Source: Zygnema circumcarinatum SAG 698-1b (lineage: Eukaryota > Plantae > Zygnematophyceae). From it: a DNA stretch of 64,000 nucleotides. The translations under genes and the position numbers were made by a program. The DNA lies in NCBI GenBank assembly GCA_037447605.1, contig CM074805.1, positions 2,575,361 through 2,639,360 on the forward strand. The letters run 5' to 3'. Below are positions 50,271-62,875 of this stretch, piece after piece (positions within the stretch are counted from its first letter, which is position 1; each line of letters starts with the position of its first letter). The notes beneath the pieces are model-generated. The model was not told the origin of the DNA, searched no databases, and saw nothing but the letters and a program-made list of their open reading frames with translations.

Positions 50271-50416
50271 TTAGGGTTCAGCAGCTCCGTCTCCGCCTGC
50301 CGCGTGTCCTGAACGCGGAACCCTTTTGATCGGACGGCGGAGAGCGACCGACCTCCGATCGGACGGCGGGCCGCGCCGCTACATACAGAATGGCGGCCTC
50401 TAGCTCGCCCTCTTTC
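50271..50416 (+). promoter_or_regulatory. RPL4 proximal promoter with telo-box
   Basis: TTAGGGTT (telo-box, typical of plant ribosomal protein promoters) at 50271-50278. GATCGGACGGCGG direct repeat at 50328 and 50357. Pyrimidine tract CCCTCTTTC near 50408. Confidence 0.55.
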
Positions 50417-50463
50417 AGCGCCTCTGAGGCAGCGAGCGGCGCCGGCTCCTGCAAGCTTCAGCC

Positions 50464-53400
50464 ATGGCGGCCTCGCGCCCGCTTGTGACAGTGCAGCAGC
50501 TCGATGGCGAGGGCAAGGAGGCGACCTCCGCCGCCCTCCCCGCCGTCTTCGTGGCTCCCATCCGCCCCGACATCGTGCACTTTGTGCACTCCAACATGGC
50601 GAAGAACAAGAGGCAGGCCTACGCCGTCTCTGTGAAGGCTGGCCATCAGACTTCTGCCGAGTCTTGGGGAACAGGGCGCGCTGTTTCTCGTATTCCGCGT
50701 GTGCCGGGTGGAGGTACGCACAGGGCTGGGCAGGGAGCCTTCGGGAACATGTGCAGGGGAGGAAGAATGTTCGCTCCCACCAAGGTGTGGAGGAAGTGGC
50801 ACAGGAAGATTAACATCAACCAGAAGCGGTACGCGGTTGCCTCGGCCCTGGCAGCTAGCGCAGTTCCGAGTCTAGTTCTGGCACGCGGCCACAGAATTGA
50901 GAAGGTGCCGGAGGTGCCATTGGTGCTGAGCAACGAGGTGGAGGGAATTGAGAAGACTTCGTCGGCGGTGAAGATTTTGAAGAAGATTGGTGTGTATGCC
51001 GATGTGGAGAAGGCCAAAGCTAGCCGAAACATCAGGGCAGGAAAGGGAAAAATGCGCAACAGGAGATATATTTCGAGGCGTGGACCCCTTGTGGTGTATG
51101 GCACCGAGGGTGCCAAGCTTGTGAAATCCTTCCGCAACATTCCTGGTGTGGAGGTATGCATCTGCTAAGGCCATGTCTTTCCCATCAATATTTGGCTCAA
51201 TCAGAGACGATGTTACGTGGACATCCCTATCAATAAGACAGTAAACATGTTTTAGGGTTAAGATTTTTTTCAAATTTCGCTAGTGGTGAGAGTTGAAGTG
51301 ATGGGATGATGACATATGTCAAAGCAGTAGTTGTCTCATGAAGCTAGATAGTAGGTTTGGCGTCAATAGAGATTGCCCTCGGGTGCTTTCTTTTTATAGA
51401 CCTTCCATGAAGCACCATGAAGTATGACCTTCCTTTGATATTGAAGGTCACGTTTTCTTAATAGATGGTATGAGGTTGAAGGTGACAACCTCATTCTTTG
51501 CGAAATAATGGTAGTTGGGGTTGATGATTCCTCTAGTGGAGTGCAGGAGCTTACCCTGCTTCTCTGATCAGTCACAGATGCCTTAATAATGTGCACAATG
51601 TTAATGATGCGAAGGCTCACTGTACGCACATGACCATTTTTTTTTTTCCAAAGTATTAATCTCTGGCAATGACGATGTCTATTGTGTTTGCAGATTTGCT
51701 CGGTGGATCGCCTCAACTTATTGCAGCTGGCACCTGGAGGCCATTTGGGGCGATTAGTTGTTTGGACCCAAAGTGCATTCGAGAAGCTAGACTCCATCTT
51801 TGGCACTCAGGATAAGCCTTCGGAGTCAAAGAAGGGCTATACTCTGCCACGATCAGTGATGGCTAATTCTGACTTGGCCCGCATCATCAACTCAGACGAG
51901 ATTCAGGCAAGCTCGGATACCATCAATTCGCTTTCAAAAAACAATTAGACACTTCAGTAGCACATGTGTCTGTGTGGTTTTGTCAAGCTAAATCTGACTA
52001 TGAATTGGATATTCGCACCTGTTACAGACTGTTGTACGCCCCACGAAAGAGAGCTCAAAGCGCCGTGTGCTGAAGAAGAATCCATTGAAGAACTTGGGCG
52101 CCATGCTGAAGTTGAATCCGTATGCAAAGACTGCACGACGCATGGACCTTTTGGCCCAAGAACGGCAGATGAAGGCCAGGGCAGAGAAGCTGGACGCAAA
52201 GCGCAAGGTATGCAGACCTCATCTCTTTCCTGTGGGTTTGCCTTTTGTCCAAGTGCGCAAAGGCGCCTGAGAAGCTATAAGCCTTTTGCCATTTACATTT
52301 GCATTTTCTTTCCTGCAAATGGCTTGAACTTTGAAACTTTTGAACTTTGGCTTCCGGGGTTTCCGGGATTGGAACCTGGGTGGTCAGGGGGAGGGAGGGG
52401 AGGGTAGACTGAAAGTGTGCATTATTGAGGCTTATGGTCATGGTTTATTCACAAATAGAATTTTCACACCATTATACCGTCATCGTGTCCACTAGCAACC
52501 GTTTCTACTCTTACAACTTAGAAGCCTGGCATGAACACTGTGAAGTGAACAGGTTCACAGTTGAGAAAATCAATAGATGTAGAAGTAGTGTTATACAGCA
52601 GTGAGGTCTTGAACTAGGGCAAGGGAACAAAATGGACCATCCTGCATTCAGAGGGCTAGTATATGCCGTTGTTGAGAACTTCAGTGTTTTGGTGGGTACA
52701 GTTAGCTATTGATACTGTTTGGAGTTACTGCAAGGTAGTTGAGTGTGGGGATTTTGCTCTATCTAGTTTCACAGAGCAAGCTGAGTAAACGAAGAATTGA
52801 TATGGTTTCACAGTAGGGGGTGGACAACTTGTGATGGTTATAATTGCCAGGGCAAGGGAAAGTAGGGGCGCTTAAAATTAGAACGTCAAGGAATTATTAA
52901 AAGTTATCTTAAGCTATTGTGTTCATGTATTCATGCAAACCCGTCTTTATACCGTCCCGAAGTAGCTTGGCACATATTGAGTTTCCAGGGTAATAGTTCG
53001 TGTATGAGTTAGAGATATGGTCATTAAGATCTTGCCATAGTCTTCAATTGAAAACGAATTTGAAGTTTGAGGGAAGCTGATGAAACATACAGACCATGTA
53101 GAATTCACCCTCATGACTCTTTTAGGGCAATTTTTTTCATGTCTGCTTTAGGATTGCGAGCATGGTTGGCTGCCGGTTCTGCTTTTATGTCATCAGTACT
53201 GCCTTGGGCCATGAATGGAAGCGTGAGAAAGAGCCTTGGTCAGTGGTTTTTTGTTTTTAGAGTTTACATTTACATATTATACTTAACACTCGGAGCTGCA
53301 CATTTCTAATTTAGGTCGACTTGGCTATGATTGCCAATGAGGCGCTTATGATACAGCAGGAAAGACAAAGTACTTCTGATGCTGAGTTATTGCTCTCACC

Positions 53401-53748
53401 TAGATGCCGTAGGCATTTCTGTGACTGTAAGAGGGCATATAATCAAGAAGCACTGCTGTTTTGAATGCTACAGTGATTGTAGTGACTTTTAATCGTAGGG
53501 AAAGTTTTCAGCGATTCCGTAGTAATCTTGGAGGAGGCTCTTATGTGTCATAAGTATGTCTAGTTTAGGACAACCTTCGTTATCTCGAAGGAACTGTTCA
53601 TCAAGGTACACATGGCTGTAACTGGGATGTGCAGGAGGTGGACCCGAAGGCAAAGGAGGCGGGACGTGCATGGTACAAGACCATGATCTCGGAGTCCGAC
53701 TACACGGAATTCGACATTTTCAGCAAGTGGCTGGGCGTGACGCAGTGA
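50464..53748 (+). CDS. RPL4: 60S ribosomal protein L4 (uL4), 4 exons, 398 aa
   Basis: Exons 50464-51153, 51694-51906, 52028-52207, 53635-53748. Motifs [80 protein letters not shown]. Confidence 0.98.
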
Positions 53749-55006
53749 GGGATGTGCTGGCAGTGAGAGGGGAGGCAGGCGCTTGTGGAGGACTTCCAAT
53801 TGGAAGGATCACACCGTGGTTGTCGCCGGAGAAATTGCACATGGAAGAGAATGCGCTGAAAGTATTTTGCCACTTCCTGTGTGAGCTCTATGTCTTGTGT
53901 GACAGTGTGCATGTTTTCACTCGTCAGTCTTGGCTGCTGTCTCCATCCTCCTGCCGTTGGGAGAGGAGTCAACTTACTTAAAGGCCTGCTGTATGTTTCT
54001 TGGAGCGAATTCTTCGAAGGCTAACATAAGGATGAACTCCTTTACGATGTGCATATTTGAAGGACGGAGTACATGGGTCGGTTTCAGTCGCATTGACCGT
54101 GCATAAGTTCGAGGGGTGGCTTCTGACTGGAACTTATAGATTGGCTTAATTGTTCTGCATGGCCATTGCTGCACCTTTCCCTGGCATTGTAACCTCCTTC
54201 CGTTTTCGGCCTCTCTCTCCCTCTTCAGTCATTATCAAGAGTACTCCCAAAGTACTTAGGACAAGCCAAGGGTGGCGACTACAAGGTACTAATGACTATT
54301 TCGAAAGCGTTTCGTCAAAGTAAGGAAAGGTCACAGTTAGAAGACCCACACTTTGGCTTCATTGGAGGGAATCGAAAAGGCTCGACCAATGAACATAATC
54401 CTAGCATAATCTTGAACATTTAAAATTTGTTCAATTTCTCAACCTGCTTTATTTTCCGACATGCGTTTGGCCGTGTACTTCTTTAACGATCGACTCCATC
54501 CAAACCAACGAATTCACTGAAAAATTACTGTCCATTTCTCTGAGGAAACACTTTCGAGGTGCGGATTTTGTCCACACGGGTGTTGGCGCGTTCGGCAATC
54601 GCCACCAACCGCTTGCCCAAGGGCGCGCGGGACCCTTGAGGCAACGCAATCACTGTCAGCTTTCAGCCAATTTGATGTTAATCTGCTGTACATTCTGCCG
54701 TAAAGAACGGAAACCTCCTTTTTTTTTAATGCAAGCAATCATGCCTTATTGAGAGTTGACTCGCATTCTTTTGGGCTTTTGAGCGAAATCCATCAGCTGG
54801 AAAGAACGGTGGGGCATCACACGGGCGTTGCTCAAGTTCTCTTATACGACCGCATGTGAATTCACTTTCTCCTTTCCTTTTTAAGTGATAGTGATCACAT
54901 TTCACATTTGATTTTATAGCGACGATGAATGCAGCATCGCCAGAAATGGACAAAAAATCAATGGAAACTTTTGCGGCTCCTGTTGTCTTGCATGTTCCAC
55001 TATTAT

Positions 55007-57037
55007 TCAGTCACTGGATGGTTGGCAAAGAGCAGGGCAAAGAGTAGGATCATTTGTCGTCACAGCTTGCACACCCAGTGCCACCTGTTGCCTTAGAAGG
55101 AGAAGGGTGTCTGTAACCCATGAAATGATGGGCCGCTCTCCTGTCATCGCCTCAACTAGGGAGTCATGTGCTGCGGCCCAGCCAACCCCCTCGTGCCACA
55201 TGGCGGCCGTAGTGTTGTCACGGGGACCAAAGATGTATGCGAGACCTGCAAACCAGAAAGTGTTCTTTCTGTCAATCGTGGAATGGGCAGGTTGAAGCAC
55301 TGTGTCTCTGCCTGAAAGAAACAAATTGAAGCGTCCAAATAACAAATTGAGCACTTTCCAGGGAAGTTTTTAAGGCTTGCAGTCAATAAAGCTCAACTTA
55401 CTACTGGAATGAGTTATGCGTTCCAGGTTCCTCCTGTCAGTTTAAGGAACTCTATCTTTTCACAAACGCGAACTTGGTGAACTGGTAAAAGACTTACCAA
55501 ACACGTTCTCTGACAAAGGGCCTAATTTGTTCCGGTGAGTGGCGAAAGCCTCAGCCACCTCGTCTATCAAGCGATGGTTAAACGACGAGAAAATCAAGCC
55601 AAGCTGAGGTTGATAGTAAGGCATCGGTCTTTTGAATGCCACCAGCCAATCAACCAGAGTCTTGGCATATATGCGTTCCCAGTCTCCATCCGCCATGCAG
55701 TTTTGTGAAGCACGCTGTGAAGCCCCGTCTTCGCTGTTTTTGTGTCCAATCGCAGACAGCTGCCTCGACCGTGAGACTACAGCTTCATTAAACTCCTTAT
55801 TCTGGGAGTCTGCTACCTCTGTGTGCCCCTGGTACCTAGCTACAGATATTGAGGGGTTCACCTCTCTGCGCATCTGTATCAGTTTCTCAGGAAAAAGTTG
55901 AATGTTTGCTTGCCCAAGCGCAGCCCCTTTGGCTTCGTTCACTAATCTCCTGCGTGCTCCGGCACCTTCATCTTCACATTGCTCATGTTTCAGCTCCACC
56001 ACCACTTGGACTGGCCGATCCCACAACATCTCAACTACCTCTTCCAAAGAAGGAATTCTCTCCCCAGCGAAATCAGAAGAGAACCATGATCCTGCGTCAA
56101 GTTGTCTCAGAATATCCCAGCCGAGATCTTCCACTCGCGAAGGAGTTGTGAGCATGCGCTCTCTGATTGTGCGACCATGACCGACTGCTAAGCGCCTGTC
56201 ACTCGTTACGTGCACATCCAACTCAATGCAGTTTGCTCCCACCTGCACATAGTCCTACGCAGACTGTGTCATACCCTCACTAAACCTTAGTCAGCTGACT
56301 GTGTCCAAAAGAGCGATCTGTGGCTCTGCCGGCAGAGGAGCAATGAAGACAAAGATAAAGACTGCGATTGTATGCATGCGCTCACATTCAGCAAACTTGA
56401 CACTGATTTCAATGCTGGAATCACACGGGTGCATACTTGGTGTTTGGTATGCCTTTCAGAAATATTAAGTGAAGTTGAATTCGTACACAGCAGATAAATT
56501 CCTTACATGATGATGTACCGGCCACTACACTACTGGAGAGTGAGGCATCACTATAGTTTACAGTACTGTACTCAAGCGCCAATTGAGACCCACTTTTTTG
56601 TATGCCGCGGCTGGGCAAGCAGCTTAACGAAAGTGACCTGACCACGTCAAAGCAAGCCATGCGGTTAAGCAATGGCCATGGCGCACCTCCAAAGCCTTCT
56701 TGAACGAGGCTAGCGTGTTCTCTGGCGACAGACGCCGCGCTCCTCTGTGTCCACAGCATGCAAGCCGTGGAGGCTGAGAAGGCTGCACGAAGGAGCACCT
56801 TCCACCTCCATTCGTGTTGCTATCTCTATCCTTCCAGGAAGAGGAGCGCGGCCGAGAATCTGAAGCTTTTGGGGTATCGGCTTGCAGCGAACTGCTGGTC
56901 AGCCAGAGCGCCGCAAATAGAGCCGAAAAGAGCAGCGCTGCAACAGGCAGCCATGGCTGTCTCTCGGAAGAGCTCCGAAGCCATGCGAGGCGCAACTGGA
57001 AGGGTGGGAGGAGGGAGAAAGGCCCACCACCAGCCAT
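55007..57037 (-). CDS. Membrane-anchored glycerophosphodiester phosphodiesterase (GDPD family), 3 exons, 466 aa
   Basis: Exons 57037-56687, 56242-55498, 55311-55007 in phase. Motifs GHRGARRLSPENTLASF, GANCIELDVHVTSD, LDAGSWF, IPSLEEV, VVELK, FSSFN, WVTD...GVQAVTTNDP. N-terminal hydrophobic anchor LPVAALLFSALFAALWL. Confidence 0.9.
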
Positions 57038-57402
57038 TCTGTGACTGGCAAGGGTTTGAGGAAAGCTTTTGCTCACTTCCTTCCTCTCTTGCACCTTTTT
57101 ACTTTCGACGCCGCATAGGCGAGACAGCGGTCTGTGAACGGCATCTCTTTCATCCGCGCGAGACTCTGCAGAAATCTGCAGTGTCTTCGCTAGTGGCTAG
57201 CCGTTGTTTGCAGTGGTCCCTGAACGACAAGCGCGCGAGGTGCGGGCAGACTTGCAGCGGCCTTCCTTGCGGCCTGGAGACGGCGCGAGGCATCGTCAGC
57301 ATCATCACCATCATCAGGCTGCTGCTGCTGTGCACAATGGCGCCCGACCTGCTCTTCAGCGCGAGTGCGAGTCCAGGACTGACTCGCGCCGCGCGGCTCG
57401 CT

Positions 57403-57441
57403 CTGACTGATTGACTGATTGATTGACTGACTGACTGACTG

Positions 57442-57473
<32 letters not shown>

Positions 57474-57492
57474 ACGGACGGACGGACGGACG
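57403..57492. repeat. Compound tetranucleotide microsatellite (CTGA)n(CGGA)n
   Basis: Read directly: TGAC/TGAT run changing to GGAC run. Confidence 0.95.
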
Positions 57493-57575
57493 AGCGCGTC
57501 CGAATCGGGAGGGACGTCACGCGGTGCTTCTCGAAGGCGGGTGGACGCAACCACCCGACTGGTCGCGCCAAGGAT

Positions 57576-58119
57576 CTAAACCCTAACCCCTGACCCCTCA
57601 ACCCCTCAACCCCGAACCCTAAGCCTTAAGCCCTAAGCCGTAAGCCCTGAACCCTCGACCGCAAAGCTAAAACCGTAAATGCCAAACCTCAAACCCTAAA
57701 CCATTAAATCTTATACTAAAACTTAAACCCTAAACCCTAAATTTCAAAACCATAAACCACAAAACATTAAACCATCAAACCTTATACTGAAACTTAGACC
57801 CTAAATCCTAAATCTCAAACCCTAAACCATTAAACCTTATACTAAAACTTAGACTCTAAACCCTAAACCTCAAACCCTAAACCATTTAACCTTATACTAA
57901 AACTTAGAATTCTAAAACCTAAAGCGCAAACCTCAAACCCAATTTCTAAACCTTTACCCTACACTTCAAACCCGAAATCCCAAACTCTAAACCCGATAAC
58001 CTCAAAGCCTAAACCCTAAATCTCAAACCCTAAATCTTACACCCCAAAGCTTACACTCAACCGTAAACCCTGAACCTCAAACCCTAAATCGTAAACCACA
58101 AACCTCAAACCCTTAAACT
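57576..58119 (+). repeat. Interstitial degenerate telomeric repeat (CCCTAAA)n with a higher-order unit
   Basis: About 545 bp of 7-nt-period CCCTAAA variants. The marker CTTATACT recurs at 57710, 57781, 57836 and 57891. Confidence 0.9.
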
Positions 58120-59605
58120 CGAGTCCAGATTGCAAGGCTAAATAATTTACCCTTCAGCTAAGTGTGGGGCACACTCATCGCAATCTCGTTCCTTTTTGCG
58201 GTTTCCGTGTGTCGAGCACAGCGTGGGTTGAAGTCCACTTTGTAATTCGATGCGCAGCCCACCCTAATTGCGCCAATTTTGACTTGCAACAATTACTGTG
58301 GGGCACACTTCTGAAGTACTCAGACGAGTTGCGTATCCATGTTGAATCGCACATTTTCATGTTGCATTGTCCAGCACGTCGTTTATGGTCGCCCCATCGT
58401 GTACCATTTCCCTCATGGGCTGCATTGGTCTGTCTGACCCCTATTGCTTCTGACTGAGATACCACGCGGCGCTTATCGGACCTGTCAGACTGAACGAGTT
58501 CAGTCTCCTGCCTCCCACGCCGCAGACTTCGATGTCCAATGTGTCAAGGACTGGTCAGAGCCATCCAAGCCACGTTGGTCGTATGTCGCAATGGTCACGT
58601 CATCACATCATCTCATCATCACCACATCACATCATCATCGAATGCCAATTGAACGGACATTGCTGAGTACCAAACATCGTCCTTTCCACCACACAGATTC
58701 GGATGTCCTCCACTGCATGGGCGACGAGTTGCCGTAAATCATAACCACCACATTACAGCTTACATGGCAGACTAGAGCATAGCCAACATAGTGAAGTCCT
58801 TCGCAGCTCGCTATTAAAGCGGAGAAGATGATTTGCTGCCTAAAAGGCAAAGTGGGAATGGCAGTACCTATACAGATTGAGAGGACAGTAAGCTGCAGGC
58901 GTCTACATGTCTTCAAAAACGCATCCAAGGCACACAAAACTAAGATCTTTATCTCTGTAAATAGCCCTAATTATTTGGAACCGACGCCAGGTTACCAGCG
59001 GAGTAAACAGTTGTGCTCAATCCTATTCGTGCTCCAACACTCCACCCAATCGTCCACCCTGCACTTCCAATGACTTGCAGTGCTCCACGAGCATCTCTGC
59101 TGTCCTCTGCATGTCCGACATCTTTCAGTGCAGTCCTAACGCAAGCCCAGGGCTGCATCTGGATGCATCGGCAAGGCCGGGTGATCCAATGGTGCACCGC
59201 TTGCTAGTGTATGCCACCATCCATCGAGTTCTCGGCACCAACTGCGCCACCTGGACTACCTTCAGACCGCAAGAAGCAGGAACCTATTTGCAGCAACTAA
59301 TTACCGATGAGAAGAAAAACGAGGTTGGCGAGTACAGTAAAACCAGGCTAGCTCGCCTGTTCTGTGATCTCCCTCTCGTCCATCAGCTGCTCCCAGGAGG
59401 CAAATCCTCCCCTGTCCTTCACTGCTCTAACATTTCCCATTTCCTCAGGCCCGAGCTAGCAAAGCAAGGAGGTCGAGAGAAACTGGAAATGGCCAGAACA
59501 GCTCTAGGAAGAAAAAGTGAGAACTCGCCAAGCACTTCCTGTTCAGTGAATTAGATACCCTTGGCCCAGCGACAAATGTAATAAAATCTCATCAAATATG
59601 AGGGC

Positions 59606-61555
59606 TCATGCTTCACCCGTCCCACTGTCCCCTGTTGGTGATGAAGTTGAAGAACCAGCGTCTATGGATGGCTGCGAGGAAACTTGCCGCTCGTCTCTTC
59701 CGTCTGAATTCTCCTCCTTGAGTGGCTGGCTGGTAGGCATGATTGCGAGGGCTGGCGGGTTAGGAGCAGGCAAAGGTTTAAGATCATCTGGCACAGCAAT
59801 AGCTGGCCTGCCACCTGCTGAAAACACCACAATGGGTGCATTGTTTCCTGGCACTATAGGATGAGCCCCGCAGCAGCTATCCCCACCAATCGAATCCCCA
59901 GATTCCGAGGCATCTGCCATGTACGGAATCAAGTCACGAGTCGAAAGCACAGCAGAACCAGGAGCTCCAACTCGGACGAGCAGGCGAATATGGCCGGCTG
60001 GCTCGCTGTCGCAGTTAAGGAAGGGCACAGTGATGTCGTGGAGACCAACAGCTCGAGTGAGGTCGAGAGGGACTTTTGCAACAGCAAGGAGTCGTTCTAG
60101 GTAGGGGCGATACTTTCCGTACAAGAACAGCTGCAAATATCGCGGACTATTGTTTGGGAGTGGGAGGCGAAGCTCCTGATAAACATGACCCTCGGGGTGA
60201 GAAGCTGTAACAAGTGGAGGTGTGCAGTGGACAGCGTCTCCTAGCTGCAGGGTACAGCAAAGGCGACACAGCATTCCCACAGAAAATTAGGTCGGCTTCT
60301 CCTTTCCGCCTTATATCTGAACGACCGAAAAGGTAGCTTAAAACCACAGAATTCAAAACCTAATGCCACTCTGCTTCCTAGGAGGTCAAACTGCAGTTAA
60401 AATTTTGCAAAAAGAGATTCAGAAGCCCTATTAGACAAGAGCAGGATTTTATAGACTTGGGTTTTCTGCCGTATACCTGCACCGCAATGAAGGTCGTCGG
60501 CGCTTTTGGCCCAGCGACCTCCACAATGACGGCGTCTAAAGTGCTCCTGTCCGCCCTGTAGGCCATAATAGCAAAACAATGAAGGAAAGTCAAGAAGTTG
60601 AAAACCGGCGAGAAACGAAAAGCGACCACCAAATAGCCGAGAAAAACGCAAGACTCTGAGTGAAATCGACTTTTATAACAGGAACGAATCTCCACCAGCA
60701 CAAAATCAAACTCCTTCGAAGCAGCATGCGGACCGCCCCTAATGCTTTCAATTGGCACTAAACACTCTCGCTTCTCGCAAAAGGAGATCTTCTATGGTCA
60801 CCAAAGTATGTGCGCTTCAGTTGCCGAACTATTCTAACAAGGAGACAGCATAAACGCTAGAAGAATTCCAGTTTCACGAGCATTAAAGGCGACCCCAAGC
60901 AGTCAACGAAGTGGCACACGGACGGAATTTCAGTGATTGTAAAGAAGCAATCTTTGCGCTATTTTTCCAAATCAGAAATTCCTCCATATTTCTCCCCTTT
61001 GCAGCTGACTCTTTACTTACGTTCCCTACACGCGAATCACTGTTTTCAATGAAAGAGGTGAGACGAGGCTCTTCATTCCAGACACAAAAACAAAGAAAAC
61101 TTTAAACTTTGCTTCGTTTCAGTAAATCTCAAACCGGTACCAGCCATAGAAAACACTCTTTTTCCAACAGATGTAACTTGCAAATTAAGCACCCGCCCTC
61201 AAAGAATTTCAACCACCTTATCCTTCTTTCACTTTCCTTTCTTTTCAGAACCACACTCTACCAAACATGTTCCACCTTTTAACCTCCAAAAAACCCTAAT
61301 ATCAGCCTCACTAGCGAAACATAGCCATGATTGAGCATGTATATACCTCGGGAGGCCGCCTTCAAAGAGGTCTTCAGGAGGGCCGTAGCTGAAAGTGAAG
61401 GTATTTCCGCCCGAGTCATGCCGGCAGTAGTAGCGGAAGCCCCGGCAGTCGCAGCCAAAGTGATGGAGGGGCCCCATGCTCTCCCACAGGTGCCTCTTAC
61501 AGCTGTCCGTCCATACTATGGCAAGAACCAGGGCTAATCCTAGAGCAATGGCCAT
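59606..61555 (-). CDS. C2-domain protein with a hydrophobic N-terminal leader and a Cys/His-rich segment, 3 exons, 308 aa
   Basis: Exons 61555-61347 (ends phase 2), 60555-60477 (starts phase 2 after a long pyrimidine tract), 60244-59606. C2-like beta pattern TLDAVIVEV...FIAVQLG...LQLFLYG...LLAVAKVPL...GHIRLLVRV, followed by a Pro/Ser tail. Confidence 0.65.
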
Positions 61556-62875
61556 CACCCTGCCCTTCTCCGCTCTCCTCTACCTTCTCCTCCGTGCTTC
61601 TCACTCCTTTTATATTCTCTCGCTCTGCCTGCTGACTCCTCTGCCCTTCTCCTCTTTCTTCCTCCTTCCTCTCCCACTTCCCTCTCACTCTCTCTCTCTT
61701 TCTCTCCCGCCCTCGTGTCTCTCTCCCTCCCTCTCTCCCGCACCCTTTCTCCCGCTCGCTCAGACTCTGAAGGAAATTCAAAGTTCTTGGCACCTTCATG
61801 CAAGCAACCCCTGCGCAGGTTCCGGATCCACCCTGCGGTTCAACCACGACCCCTCACATGCCTTCCACCGCACTCATTGGCTGTATTTGGATCGAGATCA
61901 ATCGATGTGTACCCGATGGACGCGGTTGATGCGCGGCCCATGATAAGGACCCCCGCTCCGGCCGGCAGGCGAGCTCTCAGATTCTTATAACTGTCCACGT
62001 GGTGACCTGTGATACGCTGAGCGACTGGCCTTGGCTGTCGCACGCTGCGACAGTCACCTTGCGACGGCACGATCCCCGGCGGTTGCGGCGGAATTCGTAC
62101 GGTACGGCACCGGCCTGGGAAGCGTCCGTACATCCATCCACCAGTACGACAGTTGATTCTTTGCTCCAAAAACTGAGCGAGTCGGCCACGTGGCGCCCAT
62201 CCGCGCAGTTCCGTTGGGCAATCCACGACCGGTGCCGCCGAGCTCGCCACATGCCCCCCCGCTGGGACCGCCACGTTGGACAGCCTCACACGTGTTTCCC
62301 CTCCATTCGCTGGCGCCTGTGCCAAATCTCCGCCGGGATGGGCCGCGGCGGGCGGGCGGGCGGGCGGGCGGGCACGTGGCCGCACCTATAATAGTGAGCG
62401 CCGCTTTGTGCGCGGGGACACGTGGCGAGCGGCGACTGGCGGGGGGAGGGTGAGGGACGGTACGGCGGGCGGCAGGGCGGGCCGCTGTCCTTAGGCGCGG
62501 ATGAGGGTGGCAGTACGAGCAGTACGGTCAATGACATGTCAATGGGTTGAGGGTTAGGTTTACCGTACTGTACGGTGGTCGTTCGGTGTGTCGGCCCGCG
62601 GCGATCGCGGATCAACTTCTTCGCCCCTGCTTCCGTCTGGAGGGGGGGTCGGCGGTTGAGCCTCGCGCCGCAGTGGGTGGATCTCGACATCTTGTTCGCG
62701 AGGATGGTTGATTCCCTGCCGTTGATTCCACTTTGATTGTCGGATTTCGTTGCACTGATCATCAATTGAATTTTCGCAGTGAAAAAGGCGCGTTTCCATG
62801 GTCCAACTTGGGATGGCAAAAAGTCCGTACAAGGGACTTTCAGAGTTTTAGATTCCAGAATCAGAACGGTCTAAT

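Noticed and set aside
53076-53095. Hammerhead ribozyme core CTGATGA
   Set aside because: No stem II or correctly placed GAAA; the same holds for CTGATGA at about 16982 and 33132.
51154-53634. Intronic C/D snoRNAs in RPL4 (as in vertebrate RPL4)
   Set aside because: ATGATGA and CTGA words exist, but I found no pair with proper spacing, terminal stem and rRNA antisense element. An Infernal/snoscan run would be needed.
59075-59554. 159-aa plus-strand ORF convergent with the C2 gene
   Set aside because: Non-ATG start, no recognisable motif, no upstream exons or promoter signature that I could link; left uncalled.
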